DNA from: Desulfuromonadales bacterium
GTDB taxonomy: Bacteria > Desulfobacterota > Desulfuromonadia > Desulfuromonadales > JACZKF01
Reading direction: 5' to 3'
Assembly (NCBI GenBank): GCA_050485365.1
Contig: JBJHBH010000009.1
Location: 2,192 to 66,191 of the forward strand
DNA: 64,000 bases
The position numbers were made by a program, and so were the translations under genes. Within the stretch, counting starts at the first letter, position 1. The number at the start of each line of letters is the position of its first letter. Positions 10,088-18,705 of the stretch are shown here, piece after piece. The notes under the pieces are model-generated. The model had not been told where the DNA came from. It saw only the letters and a program-made list of their open reading frames with translations, and did not search any database.

Positions 10088-10453
10088 CTAGCGCCGCAGT
10101 CCGATCACGGGGAGGGTTTCGATCTCGACCAGGCGAAGCCCCACAGCGTGCCCGTTGACGACGGCGATCGCCTTCACCCGCGCCCGGATGGCCCTTCGCT
10201 CGTGGAGGGCGGGGACGGCCCCCTCGGTCAGCACCAGGATCTCTCCGCTGTCGTCGCGCAGGGTGTAGCTTCTGAGATCGACCAGCGGGAGCATGGCGAC
10301 CTGGACCACCTCCCCGTGAACCTTGATCACCTCCCCCTCAAAGCGCCCCGGGGCGCCGACGACCTCCCCGATGGACGTGTAGCCGACGGGGAGATAGTCG
10401 CACCCCGCAACGAGCGCCGCCATTAACACCGCCACCGCAGCGAGAGCTCTCAT
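10088..10453 (-). CDS. Small lipoprotein, probable OB-fold
   Basis: Start MRALAAVAV at 10453 within track ORF 10088..11110; lipobox LVAG-C; V.V.GEV...YTLRDDSGEI.V pattern. Confidence 0.65.
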   Translation of the reverse strand: MRALAAVAVLMAALVAGCDYLPVGYTSIGEVVGAPGRFEGEVIKVHGEVVQVAMLPLVDLRSYTLRDDSGEILVLTEGAVPALHERRAIRARVKAIAVVNGHAVGLRLVEIETLPVIGLRR

Positions 10454-10479
10454 CCGCGCCTTTCCGCGCCCGCTCCTGT

Positions 10480-11052
10480 TCAGGGCGCCTTGTCGAAGGT
10501 GAGGGCGGCCGAATTCAGGCAGTAGCGAAGGCCCGTCGGTCGCGGGCCGTCCTCGAAAACATGCCCCAAATGGCCGCCGCAGCGGGCGCAGACGACTTCG
10601 GTGCGCCGCATGAAGAAGCTGTTGTCGGGCCGGGTGCGGATGTTCTCGGGGGCCACCGGCTCGGTATAGCTCGGCCACCCCGTCCCCGACTCGAACTTGG
10701 CCTCCGAGCTGAACAGATCGAGGCCGCACCCCGCGCAACGGTACGTCCCCGCTTCGTGATGATTCCAGTACGCGCCGCTGAAGGCCCGCTCGGTCCCCTT
10801 CTCGCGCAAGACACGGTACCGTTCGGGAGAGAGAATCTCTCTCCATTCGACTTCGCTCCTGTCGATCTTTTCTGTCATGACGTACCTTCCCTCGTGAACC
10901 GAGTAGACGCGAAGCGCCGCCGGCTCCCCGTCCCCATGCTGCGCCTGCTCCCCGGCGGGCGGGGAGCCGACGCAGGCGCCCAGCGCCGCGCACAGCAGCA
11001 CAAGGCAGACGAAAAGCAGGCCGCTCCTTGCCATCGAACACTCCTTTTTCAT
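10480..11052 (-). CDS. msrB: Peptide-methionine (R)-S-oxide reductase, lipoprotein form
   Basis: GTERAFSG, CAGC, KFESGTGWPSY, CARC, GHLGHVFEDGP and RYCLNSAAL motifs; N-terminal lipobox-like ALGAC. Confidence 0.95.
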   Translation of the reverse strand: MKKECSMARSGLLFVCLVLLCAALGACVGSPPAGEQAQHGDGEPAALRVYSVHEGRYVMTEKIDRSEVEWREILSPERYRVLREKGTERAFSGAYWNHHEAGTYRCAGCGLDLFSSEAKFESGTGWPSYTEPVAPENIRTRPDNSFFMRRTEVVCARCGGHLGHVFEDGPRPTGLRYCLNSAALTFDKAP

Positions 11053-11143
11053 CCATTATACCCCGTTCCACGACGCGCAGACAGACGGCACACAGCCCAT
11101 TTGCGAGCAAGAATCGAATAGTTAATAAATACTAACTTTTTCA

Positions 11144-11172
11144 TTGACAAGAGGACCCCGAGGGCCTATAAA
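11144..11172 (+). promoter_or_regulatory. sigma70 promoter for the GEMM riboswitch/DGC transcript
   Basis: TTGACA (11144-11149), 17-bp spacer, TATAAA (11167-11172). Confidence 0.75.
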
Positions 11173-11192
11173 AGGGACGAAAATCAGAGCGT

Positions 11193-11282
11193 ACACCTCT
11201 CCGACAAGAGCAAACCTGGAGGAATCCGGGGACGCAAAGCCACGGGTCCGAGACGGACAGCCGAGCCGCCGAAGAGAGGGGA
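11193..11282 (+). promoter_or_regulatory. GEMM-I cyclic dinucleotide riboswitch (A20 variant)
   Basis: CGACAAGAGCAAACC-hairpin-GGGACGCAAAGCCACGGGTCC...GACAGCCGAGCCGCCGAA, closed by CCTCTC/GAGAGG pairing; matches the c-di-GMP-I consensus elements. Confidence 0.88.
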
Positions 11283-11367
11283 GACCGCCTTTGCTCCCGA
11301 AAGGTCCTGTCTGCCCGACCCCTTCGACCGGGCTCCTTCTTCGACACGACCGCCACCGGGGGTAACG

Positions 11368-12228
11368 ATGGAATCTCAAACCTGCCGACCCGCTCACCCA
11401 CGGCGCCTCGGCCGCCGACCACCCCCCTTCTCTTCGGCACCGGTCCGTTCGCCCAAAGCCCTGCTGCTGGTTTCCACTTCGTTCGTCTTGATCTTCCTGG
11501 CCGTCGCCCAGACGATGCTCATTCTCGCCGCGCTGGGCGGCCTTGCCCGACAGGCGCAGATGGCGCTGCAGGCGGCCCTGCTCGTCGCCTTTCTCTGGCC
11601 CCCCGCTTACTTCCTGCTCCTTCGCCCCCTGCATCTTCAAAAAGAGCGCCTCAAGGAAGCAGAGAAAGAAGCGCGCGCCCTCGCGTTTTACGACGCGCTC
11701 ACCTCGCTGCCCAACCGCCTGCTCCTTCGCGAGCGCGCAGAGCGCGCCTTCGCCGAAGCCCGGCGACAGGGGACGTCGGTCGCCGTAATCTTCATCGACC
11801 TGGACGACTTCAAGCAGATCAACGACGCCTTCGGCCACGCCGTCGGAGACGCCTACCTCAAAGCCGTCGCCGACACCCTCACGCAATCGGTCCGGCAAAG
11901 CGATACCGTCGCGCGCATCGGCGGCGACGAATTCGTGTGGGTCGGCCTGGTTCGGGATTACGACGAGGCTGAGACCATCGCCCGCAAGATCCTGCACAGC
12001 CTGACGCGACCTATCGAGTTCGGCGGCCGGGCGCTCAAAATCGGCGCCAGCATCGGCATCGCCGTCCACCCCCGCGACGGCGACGACCTCGACGCCCTCA
12101 TCCAGGCGGCCGACGGCGCCATGTACGCCGCCAAGCGCGGCGGAAAGAACGGATTCCACTCCTCCGTATCGCGCCACTACAACAACTCGACCGCGCGCGA
12201 ATCGGCCTATTCGTATTTTCGCGATTGA
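11368..12228 (+). CDS. Membrane-anchored diguanylate cyclase (GGDEF)
   Basis: Two N-terminal TM segments; YDALTSLPNR, IDLDDFKQINDAFGHAVGD, RxxD I-site (RQSD) and an intact GGDEF. Confidence 0.92.
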   Translation: MESQTCRPAHPRRLGRRPPPFSSAPVRSPKALLLVSTSFVLIFLAVAQTMLILAALGGLARQAQMALQAALLVAFLWPPAYFLLLRPLHLQKERLKEAEKEARALAFYDALTSLPNRLLLRERAERAFAEARRQGTSVAVIFIDLDDFKQINDAFGHAVGDAYLKAVADTLTQSVRQSDTVARIGGDEFVWVGLVRDYDEAETIARKILHSLTRPIEFGGRALKIGASIGIAVHPRDGDDLDALIQAADGAMYAAKRGGKNGFHSSVSRHYNNSTARESAYSYFRD

Positions 12229-12269
12229 CACCCTCTGGTTTGCCCATTAACCTGCTTCGAAAATCATCC

Positions 12270-12346
12270 GCGTCGCTAGCTCAGCTGGATAGAGCATCGG
12301 TCTTCGGAACCGAGGGTCGGGAGTTCGAATCTCTCGCGACGCGCCA
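12270..12346 (+). tRNA. tRNA-Arg, anticodon UCG
   Basis: Acceptor stem GCGTCGC/GCGACGC, D-arm AGCTCAGCTGGATAGAGC, anticodon arm TCGGT-CT-TCG-GA-ACCGA, T-loop GTTCGAATC, encoded CCA; preceded by TTGACA-17bp-TAACCT (12225-12253). Confidence 0.95.
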
Positions 12347-12352
12347 GTGAAC

Positions 12353-12391
12353 AAAGGCCCCAGCACCTCCCGGTGCTGGGGCCTTGTTCTT
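12353..12391. terminator. Intrinsic terminator after the tRNA (possibly bidirectional)
   Basis: AAGGCCCCAGCACC-TCCC-GGTGCTGGGGCCTT followed by GTTCTT. Confidence 0.75.
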
Positions 12392-12415
12392 ACTGCAAAT
12401 CGACGAGGCGCAGTT

Positions 12416-12442
12416 GGCTCAGGCCGCCTTGCCGAGAAGATA
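12416..12442. repeat. 27-bp direct repeat, copy 1 (orphan copy of the ATPase gene 3' end)
   Basis: GGCTCAGGCCGCCTTGCCGAGAAGATA, identical to 13504-13530. Confidence 0.9.
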
Positions 12443-12616
12443 CCCACTCGGAACCTTTTTCTCGATAGTTCGCCAGTGGGGGCTACGACGGGAAGATTTT
12501 GAGGATTAATCAACCCGCAGGGACGGCCGTCGGAGCCGCCCATTTATCCTTGATCCTCGCCGAGACATCCGCCTTCTGATACGCCTGGGCCCTTACCACC
12601 ATCGTCACTCCTGATC

Positions 12617-13264
12617 TCACCGCGGCCGCTCCTTCCCCCATACCCTGTCCAGAAACTGGTCCCGCCCCGAGTTGAACCGGTAGAACCTGTAGCGAATCGG
12701 ATTTTTCTTGTAGTAGCCCTGGTGGTATTCTTCGCCACGGTAGAACGGGCCGGCGGGGAGGATCTCGGTCACGATGGGCGCCTCGAAGCGCCCCGATGCG
12801 GCGAGGCGCTCTCTGGAGGCTTCGGCGAGGCGCTTCTGCTCTTTGTCGAGATAGAAGACGGCGCTTCGGTAATGGGGACCGCGGTCGACGAACTGCCCGC
12901 CCCGGTCGGTCGGATCGATGTTCATCCAGAAGACCTCCAGGAGCTCTTCGTAGCCGATCTGCGACGGATCGTACACGATCTCGATCGCCTCGACGTGCCC
13001 GGTGCGGCCCGAGGAGACCTCTTCGTAGGTCGGATTCGGCTCCTCCCCCCCGGTGTATCCCGACGTCACGGAAAGGACCCCGGCAAGCTTCTCGAAGGGG
13101 GGCTCCATGCACCAGAAACACCCTCCGGCAAAGACCGCCTTGGCCGGTTCCCCTCCATCGGCCATATCCCGAAAGCCGCCCGAGATGATCATTGCGATGA
13201 CCAGAGCGACCGACAAGAGGGCCGATCCCAACCGCGTACGCTTTTTAATGGATACCTTGCACAT
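12617..13264 (-). CDS. msrA: Peptide-methionine (S)-S-oxide reductase with N-terminal hydrophobic anchor/signal
   Basis: AVFAGGCFWCME, GYTGG, GHVEAIEI, GQFVDRGPHYRSAVF and EEYHQGYY motifs. Start placed at MCKVSIKK (13264); the track ORF extends to 13366. Confidence 0.93.
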   Translation of the reverse strand: MCKVSIKKRTRLGSALLSVALVIAMIISGGFRDMADGGEPAKAVFAGGCFWCMEPPFEKLAGVLSVTSGYTGGEEPNPTYEEVSSGRTGHVEAIEIVYDPSQIGYEELLEVFWMNIDPTDRGGQFVDRGPHYRSAVFYLDKEQKRLAEASRERLAASGRFEAPIVTEILPAGPFYRGEEYHQGYYKKNPIRYRFYRFNSGRDQFLDRVWGKERPR

Positions 13265-13438
13265 CGGCTTACCAACGTTCGAATGACAGACCGAATTCAT
13301 CACGCCCGAATTTGGCGGCACGCGAGGGTCTTCCAACCATGTCCACCCCGGCGCACATGGGCGCAATGAACTGCGCCCCTACATTATACCCCTCCTTCAT
13401 GCGCTCCCATAAGCCCCGGCCCGGCTGGGTTCGTCCCA

Positions 13439-13479
13439 AAAAAAGAGCGGGCCGCCACCAGACGACCCGCTCTTTTTTT
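13439..13479. terminator. Hairpin terminator downstream of the ATPase gene
   Basis: AAAAAAGAGCGGG...CCCGCTCTTTTTT with A and T tracts on both sides. Confidence 0.7.
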
Positions 13480-13503
13480 GCGACATTCCACTTTTTTTTG
13501 CGC

Positions 13504-13530
13504 GGCTCAGGCCGCCTTGCCGAGAAGATA
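13504..13530. repeat. 27-bp direct repeat, copy 2 (native ATPase gene 3' end)
   Basis: Identical to 12416-12442; encodes YLLGKAA* on the minus strand. Confidence 0.9.
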
Positions 13531-14397
13531 GCGCCCGACGTAGTTCTTGGAGAACTGGTAGGCGGTGCGTCCGCAGCGCTTGCTCTTGTCGTGGGACCAT
13601 TCGATGGCTTCGCCCTGCAGCTCTTTGGTCCAGGGGATCTCGACCTGGCGCTTGCGCGCTTCGCGCTCGACGCACAGGCGCACGGCGTCGAGATAGCGCT
13701 CCTGGGAGAAGACGTGGAAGGGAATCCACAGCCCGAAGCGGTCCGACAGGGAGACCTTCTCCTCCATCGCTTCGCTTTGCTGCAGCTCGCCCTTGACGAA
13801 CTTGCCGCCGAGGTGATCGCTGGCGTACTCGGGCAGGAGATGGCGGCGGTTGGAGGTGACGTAGATCAGCACGTTCTCGGGGGCCGAGTAGACCGAACCG
13901 TCCAGGGCGCTTTTGAGCATCTTGTAGGCGAGCTCGCCGACTTCGAAGGTCAGATCGTCGCACAGCAAAATGAAGCGGTAGGGCTGGTCTTCGACGGCGG
14001 AGAAGATCTCGGAGAGATAGATCAGATCTTCTTTTTCGACCTGGATGACGCGCAGCCCCTCGGGGGCGAAGCGGTTGAGCAACGCCTTGACGAGCGACGA
14101 CTTCCCCGTGCCGCGCGACCCCCACAGCAGGGCGTTGTTGGCGGGGTAGCCGGCGATGAACTGGCGGGTGTTGTCGATCATGATGCGCTTTTGCTCCTCG
14201 ACGCCGAGAAGCTCGTCGAGGGTGGTGTTGTCGGTCACCTTCACCGGCTCGAGGTAGCCGGAAAAAGAGTGGCGGCGCCAGTTGGCCGCGTGGCACTCGG
14301 CCCAGTCGACGGGCTTGACGGCCTTGGGGAGGAGCATTTCGACGGAGCTGAGGACCCGCTCGAGCCGGGCGACCACTTCAGGTTTCAGGTTGATCAT
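13507..14397 (-). CDS. AAA+ ATPase, DUF815 family
   Basis: Start MINLKPE at 14397; Walker A LWGSRGTGKSS, FILLCDDLTF, YVTSNRRHLLPE, EEKVSLSDRFGLWIPF. Confidence 0.85.
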   Translation of the reverse strand: MINLKPEVVARLERVLSSVEMLLPKAVKPVDWAECHAANWRRHSFSGYLEPVKVTDNTTLDELLGVEEQKRIMIDNTRQFIAGYPANNALLWGSRGTGKSSLVKALLNRFAPEGLRVIQVEKEDLIYLSEIFSAVEDQPYRFILLCDDLTFEVGELAYKMLKSALDGSVYSAPENVLIYVTSNRRHLLPEYASDHLGGKFVKGELQQSEAMEEKVSLSDRFGLWIPFHVFSQERYLDAVRLCVEREARKRQVEIPWTKELQGEAIEWSHDKSKRCGRTAYQFSKNYVGRYLLGKAA

Positions 14398-14655
14398 TCT
14401 TCTTCTCTCTACGCGTTGGGTGGGAAAGAAAACGGAAGGCCGGAGGCCCGGCGCACCTGTATACGCCAGACACCCCCGAGCTGTCAAACAGAAAAGACCT
14501 TTAGGACCGGGGGGATGGCCCGTTTTAATCTGCAAAGCCCCCCTTGCTGCGCGGCCCCGCAGGCGATTGACACCGATCACCCGGGCGATACGCTGATTAA
14601 AGGAATCCCGCACGCGCGGCGCGCCTGCGCATGCGCTCATGCCAAGGAGGTCGCC

Positions 14656-15444
14656 ATGAGGAGAATTTCAGCGTTTTTCCTGTCGCTTCTGATCTGCGCC
14701 GCCCCGGCCTGGGGTGCGGTGCAGGGGGAGGAGATCGAATACCGCGTCGGCGAGACGACGATGAAGGGATATCTCGCCTTCGACGCCGCCGCCCCAGGGA
14801 CGCGCCCCGGCATTTTGGTGGTGCACGAGTGGTGGGGGCACAACGACTACGCCCGACAGCGGGCGCGGATGCTGGCCGAGCTCGGCTACACGGCCCTGGC
14901 TCTCGACATGTACGGCGACGGGCGCACGGCGCAGCACCCCGATGAGGCGGGCCGCTTCGCCACGGCGGTGCGCACCAATCTGCCCGAGGCCAAGCAGCGC
15001 TTCGAGGCGGCCAAAACAACGCTGCAGGCCCACCCGAGCGTCGATGCGTCGAAGATCGCCGCCATCGGCTACTGCTTCGGCGGGGCGGTGGTGCTGGAGA
15101 TGGCGCGCCGCGGGGTCGATCTGGACGGCGTCGTGAGCTTCCACGGCAGCCTGGGGACGCAGAATCCGGCGCAAAGCGGCGCGGTGAAGGGGCGCGTTCT
15201 GGTGCTCAACGGCGCCGACGACCCCCTCGTCTCCGATGAGGAGATCGCCGCCTTCAAAAAAGAGATGGAGAGAGCCGGCGTCGACTATCGCTTCGTCGAC
15301 TACCCCGGCGCCGTGCACAGCTTCACCAACCCCCGGGCCGACGAATTCGGCCGGAAATTCGGTCTGCCGCTGGCCTACGACGCCGAGGCCGACGCACAGT
15401 CGTGGCGGGAGATGAAGGCGTTTTTCGACGAGATTTTCAAGTAA
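14656..15444 (+). CDS. Exported dienelactone hydrolase family protein
   Basis: RBS AAGGAGG, start MRRISAFF; VVHEWWG, nucleophile motif GYCFGG, GAVHSFTNP. Confidence 0.9.
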   Translation: MRRISAFFLSLLICAAPAWGAVQGEEIEYRVGETTMKGYLAFDAAAPGTRPGILVVHEWWGHNDYARQRARMLAELGYTALALDMYGDGRTAQHPDEAGRFATAVRTNLPEAKQRFEAAKTTLQAHPSVDASKIAAIGYCFGGAVVLEMARRGVDLDGVVSFHGSLGTQNPAQSGAVKGRVLVLNGADDPLVSDEEIAAFKKEMERAGVDYRFVDYPGAVHSFTNPRADEFGRKFGLPLAYDAEADAQSWREMKAFFDEIFK

Positions 15445-15584
15445 GGCCCGATCCAGGGGGCGGGAGGGGCCAGGGGCAAGAGAGCTCCCCCCCCTGTGTC
15501 GTTTCGCCCAACATCTTGTGAAATTCCCTCTCCCCTGCTACATTCCCCTTGCCTCGAAACGCGGCAACAGAGGGAGATATCTGC

Positions 15585-16175
15585 ATGAGCGATCTTTGTC
15601 GCTGCCCCTGGGTCGACCCGACAAAGCCGGACTACGTCGCCTATCACGACGAGGAGTGGGGGGTGCCGCTCCATGACGACCGTCTCCTGTTCGAATTCCT
15701 GATCCTCGAGGGGGCCCAGGCCGGGCTGAGCTGGTACACGGTGCTGCGAAAGAGGGAGAACTACCGGCGCCTCTTCGACGGCTTCGATCCGCACAAGGTC
15801 GCCCGCTACGACGAGGAGAAGATCGCCGCGCTGCTGCAAAATCCCGGCATCATCCGCAACCGGGCCAAGCTCGCCGCCGCCGTCGCCAACGCCCGGGCCT
15901 TTCTCGCCGTGCAGGAGGAGTTCGGCACCTTCGACGCTTATCTGTGGCGCTTCGTCGACGGCCGCCCCATCGTCGGCGAGGTGCGCACCGCCGCCGACTA
16001 CCGGGCCACCTCCCCCGAATCGGACGCCCTGAGCAAGGATCTTCGCCGGCGCGGCTTCGCCTTCGTCGGTTCCACCATCTGCTACGCCCACATGCAGGCG
16101 GTCGGCATGGTCAACGACCACACGCACGACTGTTTCCGCCGCCGCCAGATCCTGGAGAGCTACCCGACACCGTGA
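15585..16175 (+). CDS. tag: DNA-3-methyladenine glycosylase I
   Basis: RCPW...YHDEEWG, LEGAQAGLSW, IIRNRAK and QAVGMVNDH..DC motifs. Confidence 0.95.
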   Translation: MSDLCRCPWVDPTKPDYVAYHDEEWGVPLHDDRLLFEFLILEGAQAGLSWYTVLRKRENYRRLFDGFDPHKVARYDEEKIAALLQNPGIIRNRAKLAAAVANARAFLAVQEEFGTFDAYLWRFVDGRPIVGEVRTAADYRATSPESDALSKDLRRRGFAFVGSTICYAHMQAVGMVNDHTHDCFRRRQILESYPTP

Positions 16176-16906
16176 ATCCCCTGAACCATGTCGTCGTCGT
16201 ACTGGTCGAACCGCGAACCCCCGGCAACATCGGGATGGTCTGCCGCGCCATGGCCAATTTCGGCGCCCGCGAGCTGCGTCTGGTCAACCCCTGCCAGTAC
16301 CTGCACCCCGAGGCGCACAAGTTCGCCGTCTTCGCCAGCGACCTCCTCGGCGAGGCGCGCACCTTCCCCGACTTGGCCTCGGCGGTGGCCGATCTGCAGC
16401 TCAGCGTTGCCGCCACCCGGCGCCCGGGACGTCTTCGCGGGGAACTGATGAACCTCGCCGAAGCCCCGGGGCTCGCCGCCGGCCTGCCCGAGGGGGGGCG
16501 CCTCGGCCTCGTCTTCGGGCGAGAGGATTCGGGGCTCACCACCGAAGAGGTCGCGCTGTGCTCCCACGCGGCGACCATCGCCAGCGACCCTCGCCAGGGC
16601 TCTCTCAACCTGGCGCAGGCGGTGGTCGTCTTTCTCTACGAGTTCGCCCGCACCGCGGCGCCCTCCCCCGCCCAGGCTCACGACCCGCCCGCCAGAGAAG
16701 AGATGGAGGCGATGTTCGCCCAGACCGAAGAGGTGCTGGAGCGCATCGCCTTTTTGAACCCGCACTGCCCCGAGCGGGTGATGAACCCCCTTCGCCGCCT
16801 TCTCAACCGAGCCGCGCCCGACAAGGCTGAGCTGTCGCTGCTGCGCGGGATGTGGAGCCAGATCGCCTGGAGCATCCGCGACTGGAAAGGGCGCAAACGC
16901 GGATAA
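16172..16906 (+). CDS. trmJ: TrmJ/LasT-family tRNA/rRNA methyltransferase (SPOUT)
   Basis: GTG start overlapping the tag stop; VVLVEPRTPGNIGMVCRAMANFG, LVFGREDSGLT, SLNLAQAV. Confidence 0.85.
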   Translation: MNPLNHVVVVLVEPRTPGNIGMVCRAMANFGARELRLVNPCQYLHPEAHKFAVFASDLLGEARTFPDLASAVADLQLSVAATRRPGRLRGELMNLAEAPGLAAGLPEGGRLGLVFGREDSGLTTEEVALCSHAATIASDPRQGSLNLAQAVVVFLYEFARTAAPSPAQAHDPPAREEMEAMFAQTEEVLERIAFLNPHCPERVMNPLRRLLNRAAPDKAELSLLRGMWSQIAWSIRDWKGRKRG

Positions 16907-17010
16907 ACAAGGGGAGTTGCGCAGCATTAAAGGAGTTGACACGCAAGCGGACGCTGTGCTATCTAACACAGGTTTTTCTACGGGAAACTGTATGCTGTAT
17001 ACAAAATTCG

Positions 17011-17274
17011 ATGTCTGAGGAAAGACGTCAGCTCATACGGTCGGTGGGGTTTCTCTCCACCGTCGGCACCTCCATGGTGGCCTCCACCTTCATCGGGCTG
17101 GCCATGGGGTACTACCTCGACAAGTGGCTCGGCACCTCCCCCTGGCTGACCCTGCTCTTTCTGGGGTTCGGCATCGCGGCGGGCTTTCGAAACATCTTCA
17201 TCCTGACCTCCCGGGAGCTCAAGCGCCAGGAGAGGGAAAACAACAAGAAAAATGACGGCGACGGTGATGGATGA
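17011..17274 (+). CDS. atpZ: AtpZ/AtpI-family F0 accessory protein
   Basis: GTSMVASTFIGLAMGYYLDKWLGTSPWLTLLFLGFGIAAGF; first gene of the F0 operon. Confidence 0.8.
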   Translation: MSEERRQLIRSVGFLSTVGTSMVASTFIGLAMGYYLDKWLGTSPWLTLLFLGFGIAAGFRNIFILTSRELKRQERENNKKNDGDGDG

Positions 17275-17641
17275 GGAGTTGCCGGGGCAGATCGGCCGGC
17301 GCAACTGGATCATCTTCGCCGCCCTCCTCGCCCTGAGCGCCCTATGGCAATCGCTCCCCTTCACCCTCGGCGTGGCGGGGGGCGCGATGATCTCCATCAT
17401 CAGCTACCGCCGTCTTCACCGATCGCTCAGGCGCACCATCGCCGACCCCGAACGCGCGAGCGCCAAGGGCTTTCAGGTGCAATACATTCTGCGCCTCGCG
17501 GCGATCGGGTTCATCATCTACGTTCTGCTCGACCGCGTCGGCGTCGACCCTCTCGGGCTCGTCCTGGGACTCTCGGTCGTTATGATCAACATCCTCTGGA
17601 CCACCGCGGTCCGCGTCCTCAGGGGCGGAGGATCGAATTAA
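17252..17641 (+). CDS. atpI: ATP synthase subunit I
   Basis: Four-TM protein between atpZ and atpB; LRLAAIG...GLVLGLSVV pattern. Confidence 0.75.
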   Translation: MTATVMDEELPGQIGRRNWIIFAALLALSALWQSLPFTLGVAGGAMISIISYRRLHRSLRRTIADPERASAKGFQVQYILRLAAIGFIIYVLLDRVGVDPLGLVLGLSVVMINILWTTAVRVLRGGGSN

Positions 17642-17660
17642 CTAGGGAGAAATCTTTCTT

Positions 17661-18335
17661 ATGCCTCATCCGTTTCTCTACCTGGAGTGGCTGGCCGAGA
17701 CGCTCGGCATCCACGTCGGCGAGCACGTCCTCTACGCGACGCTGGCCGTCGTCGTCCTCGCCGTCATCGGCTACCTGGCGGGGCGCAACGTGCAGCTCGT
17801 TCCGCGCGGACTGCAGAATTTCATGGAGGTCGCCGTCGAGGGGATCCTCAACCTCATGGACGAGATCATGGGCCCCAAGGGGAGAAACTACTTCCCCCTG
17901 ATCGCCACGCTGGCCCTGTTCATCCTGACGTGCAACCTCTTCGGCCTCATCCCCGGCTTCTTCCCCCCGACGGCCAACTGGAACACCACGGCCGCCCTGG
18001 CGCTCACCGTCTTTTTCATCACCCACATCGTCGGGGTGAAGGAGAACGGGCTCGCCTACTTCAAGCACTTCGTCGGCCCGGTGTGGTGGCTCGCCCCCAT
18101 CATGATCCCCATCGAGATCATCGGTCACCTGGCTCGCCCCGTTTCGCTGAGCCTGCGTCTTTTCGGAAACATGTTCGGCAAGGAAGTCGTCCTCATCATC
18201 TTCATGCTGCTGGTCCCGTTCCTGCTGCCGGTTCCGATGAAGCTCCTCGGGCTCCTCATCATCCTGATCCAGACCTTCGTCTTCACCCTGCTGACCATGA
18301 TCTATATCGGCGGCGCGCTGGAAGAGGCTCACTGA
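17661..18335 (+). CDS. atpB: F0F1 ATP synthase subunit a
   Basis: [35 protein letters not shown] (essential Arg) and [14 protein letters not shown] motifs. Confidence 0.97.
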   Translation: MPHPFLYLEWLAETLGIHVGEHVLYATLAVVVLAVIGYLAGRNVQLVPRGLQNFMEVAVEGILNLMDEIMGPKGRNYFPLIATLALFILTCNLFGLIPGFFPPTANWNTTAALALTVFFITHIVGVKENGLAYFKHFVGPVWWLAPIMIPIEIIGHLARPVSLSLRLFGNMFGKEVVLIIFMLLVPFLLPVPMKLLGLLIILIQTFVFTLLTMIYIGGALEEAH

Positions 18336-18408
18336 GATACGTCTTACGTTTCCATAGGTCCTATGTCATATAGGAACAACACAAACCGCGAAAGAAGGAG
18401 TAACAGAA

Positions 18409-18684
18409 ATGGATTTTTTCACTTGGGCACTGATCACTGCAGGTTTCGCCATGGCCGTCGGCTCCATCGGTACCGGTCTCGGTATGGGTAAAGCCATCGC
18501 CAGCGCCGTCGAGGGCGTCGCCCGCAATCCCGGCGCCAGCGGCAAGATTCTGACCACCATGATGATCGGTCTGGCGATGATCGAGTCGCTCGCCATCTAC
18601 GTCTTCGTCGTGGCGATGATCATCCTCTTCGCCAACCCCTTCACCGATCAGGTCGTTCAGGTCCTGCAGGCGATGGCCGGCTAA
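18409..18684 (+). CDS. atpE: F0F1 ATP synthase subunit c
   Basis: GTGLGMG glycine motif, ARNP loop, IESLAIY ion-binding Glu. Confidence 0.97.
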   Translation: MDFFTWALITAGFAMAVGSIGTGLGMGKAIASAVEGVARNPGASGKILTTMMIGLAMIESLAIYVFVVAMIILFANPFTDQVVQVLQAMAG

Positions 18685-18705
18685 GAATCCCGCACCAAGC
18701 ACAGC

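Noticed and set aside
11780-11860. GGDEF protein as a Hypr cGAMP synthase
   Set aside because: It retains Asp at the specificity position (NDAFGHAVGD); Hypr enzymes have Ser/Thr.
12270-12420. Prophage or genomic island integrated at tRNA-Arg
   Set aside because: No integrase and no duplicated tRNA 3' end seen; the only repeat nearby derives from the ATPase gene.
13312-15444. Apparent long fusion ORFs (13312..15444, 37197..39953, 504..2510, 57733..58761)
   Set aside because: Real genes occupy only the 3' ends, each with its own RBS/start; the N-terminal extensions are open frames overlapping opposite-strand or upstream genes.
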